This document shows, in pieces, positions 53,292 through 62,622 of a stretch of DNA of 64,000 nt (positions are counted from its first letter, which is position 1; each line of letters starts with the position of its first letter). The stretch covers positions 1 to 64,000 of the forward strand of contig CAWCBP010000008.1 of the NCBI GenBank assembly GCA_963793865.1, read 5' to 3'. Made by a program: the position numbers and the translations under genes. The notes beneath the pieces are model-generated. The model saw only the letters and a list, made by a program, of their open reading frames with translations. It made no database searches and was not told the DNA's origin. This stretch comes from an uncultured delta proteobacterium. Its GTDB lineage: Bacteria; Desulfobacterota; WTBG01.

Positions 53292-54297
53292 ATGGATACG
53301 CACCTCATACAAAAATACCGTGATGACATCATCCAGGTGGGGCGGGCGGCCCATCAGAAAGGGATGATTGTTGGCCGGGGCGGCAATATAAGCGTCCGCC
53401 TGGGACCGCAGGAGTTTCTCTGCACAGCCCACAGCGCAGCCCTGGGTTTTCTCAAACCGTCTGATTTTCTGGTGATGAACCTGCGGGGAGAGGTTATCGA
53501 CGGTGAAGGCAAACCATCTACCGAAAGCAATCTCCACGGGACCATTTACCGGGAGACGGAAGCGGGTGCGGTTGTGCACCTTCACCCTCCCTACACCACG
53601 GTGCTGGCCGTCAGGGGGATTGAGATCAACCCCCTGACCTTTGAATCTTCTCTCTTCCTGGGCAAGACCATACCGACTATCCCGCAGGAAAGTCCCTCGG
53701 TGACTAAAATGGAGGGTGTTATTGCTGCATTACGGCTTTCCAACATTATTATTCTCAAGGAGCACGGTACCGTGGCTGTTGGGGATGATCTCTGGGATGC
53801 GTTCTTTCTTTCCGAGATCCTGGAGGAAGCGGCCATGATGACCTTTCTGGCAAGGAGCCTTGGCGCGCCGCCCGGTGAGGTTAAAAGCGCTGTGCCGCCG
53901 GAGAAAAATATCCAACAATCATGTGCGGTTTTTTCAGAGGAGCACATTGCGCGAATGGTTGATCTCATTAATCAGGATGAGGAAGCCCGGCGCCTGGGAA
54001 AGGTGAACCATCTTGACCGTCAGGTACGCCATTAAGCTTATGGATACCGGCCAGGTATACAACTTTCATTTTCAGGAGGGTGAAGTCGTAAAGGTTACCA
54101 ACGATGAGGATGCTGACTTTGTCATCGCAGGCAGAAAACAGCAGTGGGTGGCTGTTTTCAATGGCCTGATCGATCCGTTTGCCGCTACCACGCAAAAAAA
54201 GCTCAGGTTGCAGAAGGGCAGCATCGGGGACCTTTCCAAATGGTATCCCCCTTTTTACCGCATATTCGCCTTGTGGAATAAGACGCCTGTTGAATAG
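53292..54297 (+). CDS. Class II aldolase/adducin family protein, probably fused to an SCP2 sterol/lipid-binding domain (frameshift near 54005)
   Basis: GGNISVR, KPSTE..H, VVHLHPPY, LKEHG (Zn ligands). The C-terminal part (FSEEH..LINQDEE.., ADFVI..W..VFNG.IDPF.A..KKLRL.KG) is SCP2-like, has no own RBS and overlaps out of frame. Confidence 0.82.
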
Positions 54298-54430
54298 GGA
54301 AACAGTTGGACGGGTTGATGCAGCCTGCGGCATTTTTTTAAACTGTTGTGGCTAAAAAGCCCCTCCCCCTTGAGCCTTTGACAGCCTGGGGAAAACCGCT
54401 TTTTCAAGAACCTGCTAGAGAGGAGATATT

Positions 54431-55357
54431 ATGAAAACAAGAGGCACAACTATGTATTCTTTGCGGTCGGTTATTCTTGCGGTTCTCATTGCAGGCGGAT
54501 TGATCCTTTCGGTGGCTCCTGTCCGCGCTGAACTGGTACTGCCTACCAGCACCGGCAAGATGACCCGGCCCAGCCCGGGCATGAGTGCCGATGACCTGAT
54601 GAAAATTGCCTTGCATACCATTTACAGCAAAGACAGCCGTGATTATGACGCGGTGATGAAAGATAATCGCATTAACAAGGCGGGATTGCGGCTCACCCGC
54701 AATTGGCACCGCTATCGCATCATCCTGAACCGCCCCAAGGACGACCTTGATTACAAGGACATCACCGCCTGTACCGGACCGGAAAATGTGCGGGGCTTGT
54801 CGATATTGACCTGGACCTATCTCAGCCCCGGGAGGGACCAGGATGTATGGCTCTGGCTGCCCAGCCTGAGGAAGATACGGCGCATTTCTCAAACCGAAGG
54901 GGACGACTCGTTCGTGGGCACCGATTTCACCTATGAAGAGGTGGTTTCGCGTAAATGGGGTGATGAAACCTATGCCATGCTGGGCGAAGAAAAATTTCCC
55001 GGGCGGAAATCCATCAATGACGGAACAACCTATTATAAGGATGCCGAAACCTATGTGATCGAGGCGCGCCCGAAACGGAAGGACTGGTATTACGACAAGC
55101 GAAAGGTCACGCTGGAGAAGAAAACCGGCTTAAGGATTCTGGATTCCTATTTTGATGAAATGGGACGCAACCAGAAGAACATTTTTGTCTACTGGAAACC
55201 CATCGAGGGCAGCCAGCTTGAGATGGAGTGGCTGCTCGAGGTTGACAATCTTGAGGAGAAGCACAATACCATCATCTCCCTGGAATGGGTCAAATTTGAT
55301 GTAGGCTTGAAAGAACTGTTTTTTACCGAACGGACACTCATGCGGACAAAATGGTAG
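54431..55357 (+). CDS. Outer-membrane lipoprotein-sorting protein (LolA-like/DUF1329-related)
   Basis: Signal peptide; GPENVRGLSIL, DQDVWLWLPSLRKIRRIS..DDSFVGTDFTYEE, FFTERTL. Confidence 0.82.
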   Translation: MKTRGTTMYSLRSVILAVLIAGGLILSVAPVRAELVLPTSTGKMTRPSPGMSADDLMKIALHTIYSKDSRDYDAVMKDNRINKAGLRLTRNWHRYRIILNRPKDDLDYKDITACTGPENVRGLSILTWTYLSPGRDQDVWLWLPSLRKIRRISQTEGDDSFVGTDFTYEEVVSRKWGDETYAMLGEEKFPGRKSINDGTTYYKDAETYVIEARPKRKDWYYDKRKVTLEKKTGLRILDSYFDEMGRNQKNIFVYWKPIEGSQLEMEWLLEVDNLEEKHNTIISLEWVKFDVGLKELFFTERTLMRTKW

Positions 55358-55385
55358 TTGAATTGGAGTAAAGGAGCGTTACGGA

Positions 55386-56879
55386 ATGGCTGATACGGCC
55401 TGCAAAATGTGGATAGGCGGACAGTGGTGTGAGAGCGAATCGAAGGAATACTTCAGCAGCATCAATCCTGCCACCGGTGAGGTAGCCGGAAGGGTACCGC
55501 GCGGACAGGCGGCCGATGTTGAGAGGGCCGTAGCCGCGGCGCGCGAGGCCTTTGATGAGGGCGAGTGGCCTCAGATGAGCTACCAGGACCGGGGAGAGAT
55601 CCTGCGGCAGATTGCGCAGCTCATCAGGGAAAAGGCCCGGGAACTCGCGGAGCTTGAGACCATTGATAACGGGAAGCCCATCAAGGAGACGACCCTGATA
55701 GATATTCCCACCGCCGCTGACACCTTTGAAAGTTTTGCCGGCATGGCCGGCGAACTGAAAGGGGAGACCATCCCCGTCGGCGCACCGGTCTTCTGCCATA
55801 CCCGCTATGAGCCCATCGGGGTTATCGCCCAGATCATACCCTGGAATTACCCGCTCCTGATGGCGGCGTGGAAACTGGCCCCGGCCCTGTTTACCGGCAA
55901 TACCGTGGTGCTCAAGCCTTCATCCCTTACCTCCCTGACGGTTCTGGAGCTTGCACAGCTGATGGAGCAGACCGATCTGCCTGCCGGGGTGGTCAATGTT
56001 ATAACCGGGCTGGGTTCTGAAGCGGGAAGGGCGCTGGCCGCCCATCGGCTGGTTGACAAAATTGCCCTGACCGGAAGCACTGAAACCGGTCGCGAGGTGA
56101 TGGGGCTGGCGGCTGTCACCGTGAAAAAGACGACCCTGGAACTGGGCGGTAAATCACCCACCATAGTGTTCAAAAACGCTGATCTGGAAGCTGCGGTGAA
56201 AGGAACACTGGCTACCATCTTTCTCAACCAGGGACAGATGTGCGTGGCGGGTTCACGGCTGCTGGTTGAAAATGGCATCCACGATGAATTTCTTGCAGCA
56301 CTGGTTGAGAAGGCGGGCAGGATCAGACTGGGAAACGGTCTGGATCCGGAGACGAACATGGGCCCGCTTATTTCCGCTGCCCACCGTGAACGGGTGCAGG
56401 GCTTTATCGCATCAGGATTGAAAGAGGGAGCGCGCCTGGCGGCCGGCGGCAAGGTTCCTGAGGGGAAGGCATTTGAGAAGGGATTCTTCCTTGAGCCCAC
56501 CGTTTTTGATGGTGTGGATAAAAGCATGGAGATTGCCAGGGAAGAGATCTTCGGACCGGTTCTTTCGGTGATGAGCTTCACAACACTCGATGAAGCCGTT
56601 GCACTGGCCAATGCAACCCGCTACGGGCTGGCGGCAAGCATTTGGACCAAGGATATTTACCAGGCATACGAGTGCGCCCGCAGGATCCGCGCCGGCACCA
56701 TCTGGATCAATACCTACGGGAACTTTTTTAGCGAAGTGCCTTTCGGGGGATACAGGGAAAGCGGCCTGGGCAGGGAGCTGGGCAGGGCAGGGCTTAGAGA
56801 ATATACGGAACTTAAAAGCATCACTATGGACATGTCGCCGGACCGGAGATCGCTTATCACCAAATGGTATGGCCTGTAA
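55386..56879 (+). CDS. NAD(P)-dependent aldehyde dehydrogenase
   Basis: PWNYP, KPS, TGST, LELGGK, NQGQMC (catalytic Cys), EEIFGP, PFGGYRESG. Confidence 0.96.
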   Translation: MADTACKMWIGGQWCESESKEYFSSINPATGEVAGRVPRGQAADVERAVAAAREAFDEGEWPQMSYQDRGEILRQIAQLIREKARELAELETIDNGKPIKETTLIDIPTAADTFESFAGMAGELKGETIPVGAPVFCHTRYEPIGVIAQIIPWNYPLLMAAWKLAPALFTGNTVVLKPSSLTSLTVLELAQLMEQTDLPAGVVNVITGLGSEAGRALAAHRLVDKIALTGSTETGREVMGLAAVTVKKTTLELGGKSPTIVFKNADLEAAVKGTLATIFLNQGQMCVAGSRLLVENGIHDEFLAALVEKAGRIRLGNGLDPETNMGPLISAAHRERVQGFIASGLKEGARLAAGGKVPEGKAFEKGFFLEPTVFDGVDKSMEIAREEIFGPVLSVMSFTTLDEAVALANATRYGLAASIWTKDIYQAYECARRIRAGTIWINTYGNFFSEVPFGGYRESGLGRELGRAGLREYTELKSITMDMSPDRRSLITKWYGL

Positions 56880-56928
56880 TATTTTTGGCGGGATGAAGAA
56901 GCCATTAATTTACAGGAGGAGCTTTCGA

Positions 56929-57846
56929 ATGAGATGGGTTTTTCAGCTGCTTATCTTTTTGGGAGCATGTGCTTCATCGGCATCTGGATGGGCACAGACG
57001 GCAACGCTGGTTGCTTCTCCCCCCGCATGCACGGGCTGCTGCGAGTCGATGAAACCGCATCCCGGCATTTCGGCTGATGACCTGATGAAAATCGACACCT
57101 ATGTCAAGTACACCAAGTTTGCCCGGGACTATAAGGGTATCGGCTTGATCAGGCTGGTGGATAAAAAGGGTTTCACCCGTGACAGGGACTGGGGCCGTTA
57201 CCGCATTGTGCTGAATAAGACCAGCGATGTCTTCGATTATAAGGACCTGGTGGTGATTTTAGGGCCGCAAAACATAAAGGGACTGTCGGTCCTGACCTGG
57301 AACTATCTCGATCCCCTCAAAGACCAGGAGGTATGGCTCTGGCTTCCCAGCCTGCGCAAGGTGCGACGAATCTCCCAGTCCGAGGCGGACGATCCCTTCA
57401 TGGGCTCTGAATTTACTACCGAAGAAATGTCAACCCGGAAATGGGAGGACGAAACCTATGCCATGGTCGGCGAAAAAAGATTCGGCGGTTATGCTGCCGT
57501 GACCAATGGGAAAACATTCTATAAGGATAAAGACTGCTATGTGGTGGAGGCAGTCCCCAAGCGCAAGGACTGGTATTATGCCAGGCGTGTCGTCTGGCTG
57601 GATAAGGACTTCGCCGGCCTCGTATTCGACGAGGTGTATGACCCCGCCGGGAGGAAATGGAAAACCTTCCTCAAGGAATACGAAACCCGGGAAAACGGGT
57701 GCATCCCCCAGATGTTCCTGGAGGGGAGGGATGAGTTTTCCGGTCACGTAACCGCGATCACCTTTGCAAAGGAAACAATAGCCTTCAACTCCGGGCTGGA
57801 CGAAAATTTCTTTACAGAAAAGACAGTCATGAGATCTAAATGGTAA
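56929..57846 (+). CDS. Second LolA-like outer-membrane lipoprotein-sorting protein
   Basis: AGGAGG RBS, MRWVFQ signal peptide; paralog of 54431-55357 (VWLWLPSLRKVRRISQ, KWEDETY, MRSKW). Confidence 0.82.
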   Translation: MRWVFQLLIFLGACASSASGWAQTATLVASPPACTGCCESMKPHPGISADDLMKIDTYVKYTKFARDYKGIGLIRLVDKKGFTRDRDWGRYRIVLNKTSDVFDYKDLVVILGPQNIKGLSVLTWNYLDPLKDQEVWLWLPSLRKVRRISQSEADDPFMGSEFTTEEMSTRKWEDETYAMVGEKRFGGYAAVTNGKTFYKDKDCYVVEAVPKRKDWYYARRVVWLDKDFAGLVFDEVYDPAGRKWKTFLKEYETRENGCIPQMFLEGRDEFSGHVTAITFAKETIAFNSGLDENFFTEKTVMRSKW

Positions 57847-57855
57847 AGGAGGCGG

Positions 57856-59295
57856 ATGATGAAAAGGTTTTTACTGTGCGTGGCAATCACACTGGTTGTG
57901 ATGGCATCGGGAATGGTGGTCAAGCCGGAGGTCAGCGCTTCCCTGCTTGAAAATGAGAAGCTCACGCTCTCGGGCTATGTAAAAAATGCGACCTCCATCA
58001 ATGTGGATACCGCGGACGACATGGATCAGTTCATGAAGATCCGCAGCACCATCCAGCTTTCGGGGGAATACCGGTTAACCGAGAATCTTCACCTCTTTGC
58101 CATTCTCCGGGAGTGGTATGACAGCGCCTATGACGCGGAAAGCACCTGGCGCCGTCGTGATGGGAACCGGAAGCTGATGAGCCGCACCAAACAAAATGAC
58201 TGGCTGAGGGAATGCTATGTGGATTTTTATTCCGATCGTTTGGACATCCGCATCGGAAAGCAGCAGGTGGTATGGGGCACAGCGGACGGGGTAAAAATTC
58301 TGGACATCGTTAACCCCATCGATTACCGGGAATTCAACCTGGAGCTCACCAGGGCCCTGGATGCGGATGTAAAAATTCCCCTCTGGATGATGAAGCTGGA
58401 ATATTCGCCCACGGTTAACGGGACACTGCAGTTCCTGCTGATACCCGATTATGAGACCAACTTCTTTGCCCCCGCCGGCGCGCCTTACGCGGTCCGGGCA
58501 CAGAATGCGGGTGAAGAGCGATTGGACGTGTTGCGGAACCTGGGAGCTGATGTGGTGATTTACAACAAGAAGCCGGGGAGAAGTCTGGACAAAACGAAAA
58601 TCGGGGTGAGGTGGCTTGATGTTATCAACGGGTTTGAGTACACCCTCAATTACCTCCATGGTTACAGCTACAACATGACCAGGCATTTTCTGGGGATTAA
58701 ACCCCTGGGCATTCCGGTTATCCCCGGTGCGGTTGCCCGCTTTGAGGACCGGTATGCCCAGACCGAGACCTTCGGGTTTTCCTTCTCCAAGGCGCTTACC
58801 AAGGGACCCCTGCAGGGCTACAACTTCAGGGGTGAATTTGCCTGGGTCCACAACAATAAGAATGGGTACGGGGCCAGGGACAACCAGGTGGATGTCGGCC
58901 AGGTAGATACATATAACTACGTGCTGGGCATTGACAAGTATTACTGGACCAACTGGCTGTTCAGCTTTCAGTTCATGCAGTTCTGGCTGGAGCGTGAAAA
59001 AGAAAAGGGATATTACTACCTGCTGGGTCCGACCTCGGACAGGCTGGACCAGTGCGAGACCATTCTGAGCTTGAAAATCAAGACCGACTTCATGCATGAG
59101 CGGCTGCAGCCGGGAGTGCTCATCCAGTGGGGTGATGACAACGATTGGAGTATTAACCCCCGGGTCGAGTTTGAGCTCCGGGACTACTGGATCCTTGCCT
59201 GGGGAATGCATGTCTTCAACGGGAAAAGCGGCCAGCTGTTCGGCCAGTACCAGGACCGGGATACCATGTATGTGGAAGTGAAACTTGGTTTCTGA
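57856..59295 (+). CDS. DUF1302-like outer-membrane beta-barrel protein
   Basis: Signal peptide, LRECYVD, IGKQQVVWGTADG..D.VNP.D, C-terminal YVEVKLGF. Confidence 0.8.
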   Translation: MMKRFLLCVAITLVVMASGMVVKPEVSASLLENEKLTLSGYVKNATSINVDTADDMDQFMKIRSTIQLSGEYRLTENLHLFAILREWYDSAYDAESTWRRRDGNRKLMSRTKQNDWLRECYVDFYSDRLDIRIGKQQVVWGTADGVKILDIVNPIDYREFNLELTRALDADVKIPLWMMKLEYSPTVNGTLQFLLIPDYETNFFAPAGAPYAVRAQNAGEERLDVLRNLGADVVIYNKKPGRSLDKTKIGVRWLDVINGFEYTLNYLHGYSYNMTRHFLGIKPLGIPVIPGAVARFEDRYAQTETFGFSFSKALTKGPLQGYNFRGEFAWVHNNKNGYGARDNQVDVGQVDTYNYVLGIDKYYWTNWLFSFQFMQFWLEREKEKGYYYLLGPTSDRLDQCETILSLKIKTDFMHERLQPGVLIQWGDDNDWSINPRVEFELRDYWILAWGMHVFNGKSGQLFGQYQDRDTMYVEVKLGF

Positions 59296-59306
59296 GGTGC
59301 ACGCGT

Positions 59307-60116
59307 ATGGCAAAAAAAAAGTATCTCTCCAATTATTCTATTGAGAACATTGCCCAGTCCATCGCCAGGGACAGCGAGGCGGGAAAGCGGTATGGAGCTG
59401 AGGAGAAAATAAAGCTTTACCGGGAAAGGCTCCGCTTCGCTGAGAATTACCCTGAGCTGCTGCAAATCCTGAACCTTGACCACATCCGTTCCTACCCCGT
59501 ATCCTGGGCGAAAAGAATAGCACGGGTGGCGCTGGTCCCTCCCGAGATGGTGGTGGTTGACAGCCGCATCCAAGACATGTGCTCGCTTCCGTTCTGGACT
59601 TATTACGGAATGGGGGAGGGAAGCTTCGGGCGGTGTGCCGGCGTGGGGGCTTTCTCCTGCTGTCCCCCGTTTAATCTTCCCGCGGAAAAAGTCCGCTTGA
59701 AGCTGGACAAATCGGATGTGTTCCTGGTGATGCAAACCTCTCCGGGCTTGATGATGAGCGGAGGTGATCCCGGTGCCCAGTTTCAGACTCTCAACCGGCT
59801 TGCCGAAGAGATCGATGCCCTCATGGGCAAGGGGACAGTAGTCCAGAAGTTCGGCGGCGGCCCCTGTTTTGCCTGTTATCCCGAGTCCTGCGAGGGAGGA
59901 GGCGCCTGCAAGGCGCCTCATCTCAAGATACCCTCGCTGGAGGGCATGGGGGTTTGCGTTGACCAGCTCTGCAAGGATCTGGCACTTTTGACCGGTGACA
60001 GCGATTGGAAGATCACCTGGATTAAAGGCTTCGGGACGCCGGACCAGAAACCGAAGAAGATGAAGGCAACCGTGGGTCTTGCACTCAGTTTAAAAGCGAA
60101 GGGGGAGACGGCTTAG
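59307..60116 (+). CDS. DUF2284-like Cys-rich metal-binding protein
   Basis: VDSRIQDMC..RC..SCCPP, GGGPCFAC..C..C..P..PSLEGMGVCV. Confidence 0.72.
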   Translation: MAKKKYLSNYSIENIAQSIARDSEAGKRYGAEEKIKLYRERLRFAENYPELLQILNLDHIRSYPVSWAKRIARVALVPPEMVVVDSRIQDMCSLPFWTYYGMGEGSFGRCAGVGAFSCCPPFNLPAEKVRLKLDKSDVFLVMQTSPGLMMSGGDPGAQFQTLNRLAEEIDALMGKGTVVQKFGGGPCFACYPESCEGGGACKAPHLKIPSLEGMGVCVDQLCKDLALLTGDSDWKITWIKGFGTPDQKPKKMKATVGLALSLKAKGETA

Positions 60117-60190
60117 AAACAGCAAGGCAGCCACATGATCAGGTAACAGTGACTGCCTTCGCTGGAAATGTCAAAAGTTGCTTTTTATTG

Positions 60191-60221
60191 AAGGGCGCGC
60201 GCTGTCGTGCCCTTTTATTTT
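60191..60221 (+). terminator. Intrinsic terminator between convergent genes
   Basis: aagggcgcg-cgctgt-cgtgccctt followed by a T-run. Confidence 0.55.
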
Positions 60222-61151
60222 CTACTGCTTCGGCTGGCCGGCCATTGCCGTCTTTACCCGCGGCACCGCCTGCTTGATGTAGTCTCCCACGCGCTGAAAT
60301 TCAACGCCAAACATGTTCTTGATTACCGAATGATCAATCTTTGAATCGACGATAAAGTCCTGGATCTGCTCCGCGGTAAAAAAGGACTGCTGGGGGTTGG
60401 CCTTTATGCTTTGAATGAGCGCTTCCTTGCTCATGCCCGTGGTGTAGTTCGCCTTCAAACCGGCCTCCCGGGCAATCATATTTAAAAGCTCGCCCTGGGT
60501 AAGACAGTCGGGTCCCCCCATGGTGACGGTTTTGTTGGAGGCCTTGGGATTATCCACGGCTGACACCATGCATTTCGCCAGGTCAAAATGCGAAAGAGGG
60601 CAGAGGTGAATATCGAGGGGGCCATAGAACCAGGTGGTGCCGGCATCCCCCATCTTGAGCACCTGGGGTATGAAGAAGAAGTCGAAATCCTTGAACAGGC
60701 CTGATGACCGGAATATGGTGTAGTCCATGCCGGAGTTCCTGATTGCCTCCTCGGCTTGAAATTTTGCCTGATACATGTCGGACACACATCCGGGGCCCAC
60801 CCCGTCCACCGATATGTGTACAAACTTCTTTGCCCCTTTTTCCTTCGCGGCTTCAACCACATTTTTGACGCCCTGTAGCTCCACCTCTTTGTAGCCCCTT
60901 CCTTTCTTCATCTGCTCCGGGGTGAGTCGCAGCGTGGCGATGACCGCGTTGACTCCCTCCATGGCGGGGAGAAGAGATGCCTTATCCATGACATCTCCCT
61001 CAAAAAACGCAACCTTGTCCTGCGCCGGCCCGAGTTTGGCTATGTTTGCTTTTGATACATCGAATCCATTGACCCGATGCCCCTTGTCAACGGCGTTTTT
61101 TGCAACAGCACTGCCCACGTCTCCCAGAGCTCCAATTACCACGATGTTCAT
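60222..61151 (-). CDS. Atypical SDR / NAD(P)H-binding (NmrA/NDUFA9-like) oxidoreductase
   Basis: VIGALGDVG, GDV, YQAK..AEE, YTIFR. Confidence 0.85.
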   Translation of the reverse strand: MNIVVIGALGDVGSAVAKNAVDKGHRVNGFDVSKANIAKLGPAQDKVAFFEGDVMDKASLLPAMEGVNAVIATLRLTPEQMKKGRGYKEVELQGVKNVVEAAKEKGAKKFVHISVDGVGPGCVSDMYQAKFQAEEAIRNSGMDYTIFRSSGLFKDFDFFFIPQVLKMGDAGTTWFYGPLDIHLCPLSHFDLAKCMVSAVDNPKASNKTVTMGGPDCLTQGELLNMIAREAGLKANYTTGMSKEALIQSIKANPQQSFFTAEQIQDFIVDSKIDHSVIKNMFGVEFQRVGDYIKQAVPRVKTAMAGQPKQ

Positions 61152-61248
61152 AAGACCCTCCTGCAGTTGTTGTATGATAAGAATGTATGGCTTGCCCCTT
61201 GAGCGGCGCTATCAAATGCGCGGCCGACAGCAATTTTTTTCCTCGGGG

Positions 61249-61425
61249 CTACTTTTTTTGCTTCTTTCTGGATCCTGTCTTGGGAAGCTGCTTCTCGTAT
61301 TTGTCGAGCACGAGGCCGAGCGCTTCCCTGATATAGGCGGCCTTGGGCACCCTGGTCCTGGTTGAGAGCTTCTCCAGCCGTTCGAGCTGCTCTATGTCGA
61401 TATAAATTGATCTGAGTATCTTCAT
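61249..61425 (-). CDS. Ribbon-helix-helix DNA-binding protein
   Basis: GGAG RBS; RSIYID..LEKLSTRTRVPKAAYIREAL. Confidence 0.8.
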   Translation of the reverse strand: MKILRSIYIDIEQLERLEKLSTRTRVPKAAYIREALGLVLDKYEKQLPKTGSRKKQKK

Positions 61426-61498
61426 GGTTCCTTTCTCCGCGGCGGCGATTGCCATGAACAAACCGCACCGCTACGCTGTTGATTGTCTTGCTGCAGGA

Positions 61499-62389
61499 TT
61501 AATCCGGCAGCGCGGCCTCCACATTCCAGAAACCGTCCAGCCAGTATTTTTTGAAATGCTCCTTAAAGACACTCTTACCCATGCTGACGGCAAAATCATT
61601 TTTGTAAAAGAGCATGACCAGGTCTTTTATTTTTTGCTCATGGGCGGCAGCGTAGGATGCGTCCGCCTCGAGCGCGTTGAGCCTGCTCAGGTAAACCGGC
61701 AGGACCAGCTTTACCGCTTCCGCGACCGTGGTGTAGTATTGCCTGCGCAATGCTTCATCCCCGCTCTTGGGCTCCACCAGTTCGAGCCGGAACTCGCTCT
61801 TGTAGGGGTCCAGGTAGGCGGTAATTTTCCCCCTGCCTTCTTCCTTTGTCCGCTGGTAGGGTTCCACCATGGCAAGGGCCTTTTGGACTGCCGGCAGCCC
61901 TTCGCCGAGAAAATCCCGGGGTGAAATGACGCCGGGGTCAGGGTTGAAGAAATCCATGCTGCATAACCCGGGCGTACCCAGTGCCGGCTTCATGAAGTCA
62001 ATGTGGAAAACCGGTGCCTTGATGCCGTATGCCGGCCTGATGTGCAGGGTAAAGTCGCGGTAGTAGGACGATCCGGGCGGTACCTGGAACTGGCTGATGG
62101 CCAGGCTCATTTTATCGTTCTGGAAGGATTTAAGAGGAACAGCGATGGTGCTGTTGCCGAACAGCTTGTTGAAGGGAAAGGATAGCGAAAGGGTGAAGGT
62201 GCTGAACTCATTGGTTATAGACCGTTCGTCTGCCCGGTATTCTTTACAGAGTTTGATCGTTTCCTCGCGCAGATCAGAGAAGACATTATAGTCATCATAC
62301 TGTTGCGGCTGGTAGGTAAGGATAAAAATCGCCCCAACCAGTATAATGACCAATAGCACCAATCCCACGATCTTCAGTATTTTTTTCAT
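61499..62389 (-). CDS. Membrane-anchored hypothetical protein, possibly ferredoxin-dependent bilin reductase/RCCR-like fold
   Basis: AGGAGG RBS, N-terminal TM; LHIRPAYGIKAPVFHIDF and SMDF resemble the PcyA/PebA P.Y..P.F..D and D.SP strands. Confidence 0.45.
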   Translation of the reverse strand: MKKILKIVGLVLLVIILVGAIFILTYQPQQYDDYNVFSDLREETIKLCKEYRADERSITNEFSTFTLSLSFPFNKLFGNSTIAVPLKSFQNDKMSLAISQFQVPPGSSYYRDFTLHIRPAYGIKAPVFHIDFMKPALGTPGLCSMDFFNPDPGVISPRDFLGEGLPAVQKALAMVEPYQRTKEEGRGKITAYLDPYKSEFRLELVEPKSGDEALRRQYYTTVAEAVKLVLPVYLSRLNALEADASYAAAHEQKIKDLVMLFYKNDFAVSMGKSVFKEHFKKYWLDGFWNVEAALPD

Positions 62390-62594
62390 TGTGTCCTCCT
62401 TTACATTGCACATCACCGTTTTTACAGAACAGCATCGGGCGACATCCGCCGGGTGTGCATGGTGATAGTACAATATGTTTAACTAGTATCAAAGTAAAGG
62501 GACAGGTGTCAATAAAAAATGTAACCGTGCAGGGGGGAGAGAGTTAGGGTGAGGGGGCAACCTCAATCTATTTTCGAATCAATCTTATCCAGAT

Positions 62595-62622
62595 GTAGGG
62601 GCGACCGGCCGGTCGCCCCTAC
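62595..62622. repeat. REP-like palindrome family A
   Basis: gtaggggcgaccggccggtcgcccctac. Confidence 0.9.

Noticed and set aside
49202..54297. Canonical methionine salvage operon (mtnP/mtnA/mtnB)
   Set aside because: There is no mtnK/C/D/W/X, the phosphorylase and isomerase motifs deviate from the canonical ones, and the aldolase carries an SCP2-like domain.
56590..56928. Long N-terminal extension of the second LolA-like ORF overlapping ALDH
   Set aside because: The RBS and signal peptide point to ATG 56929; the extension is just an open alternative frame.
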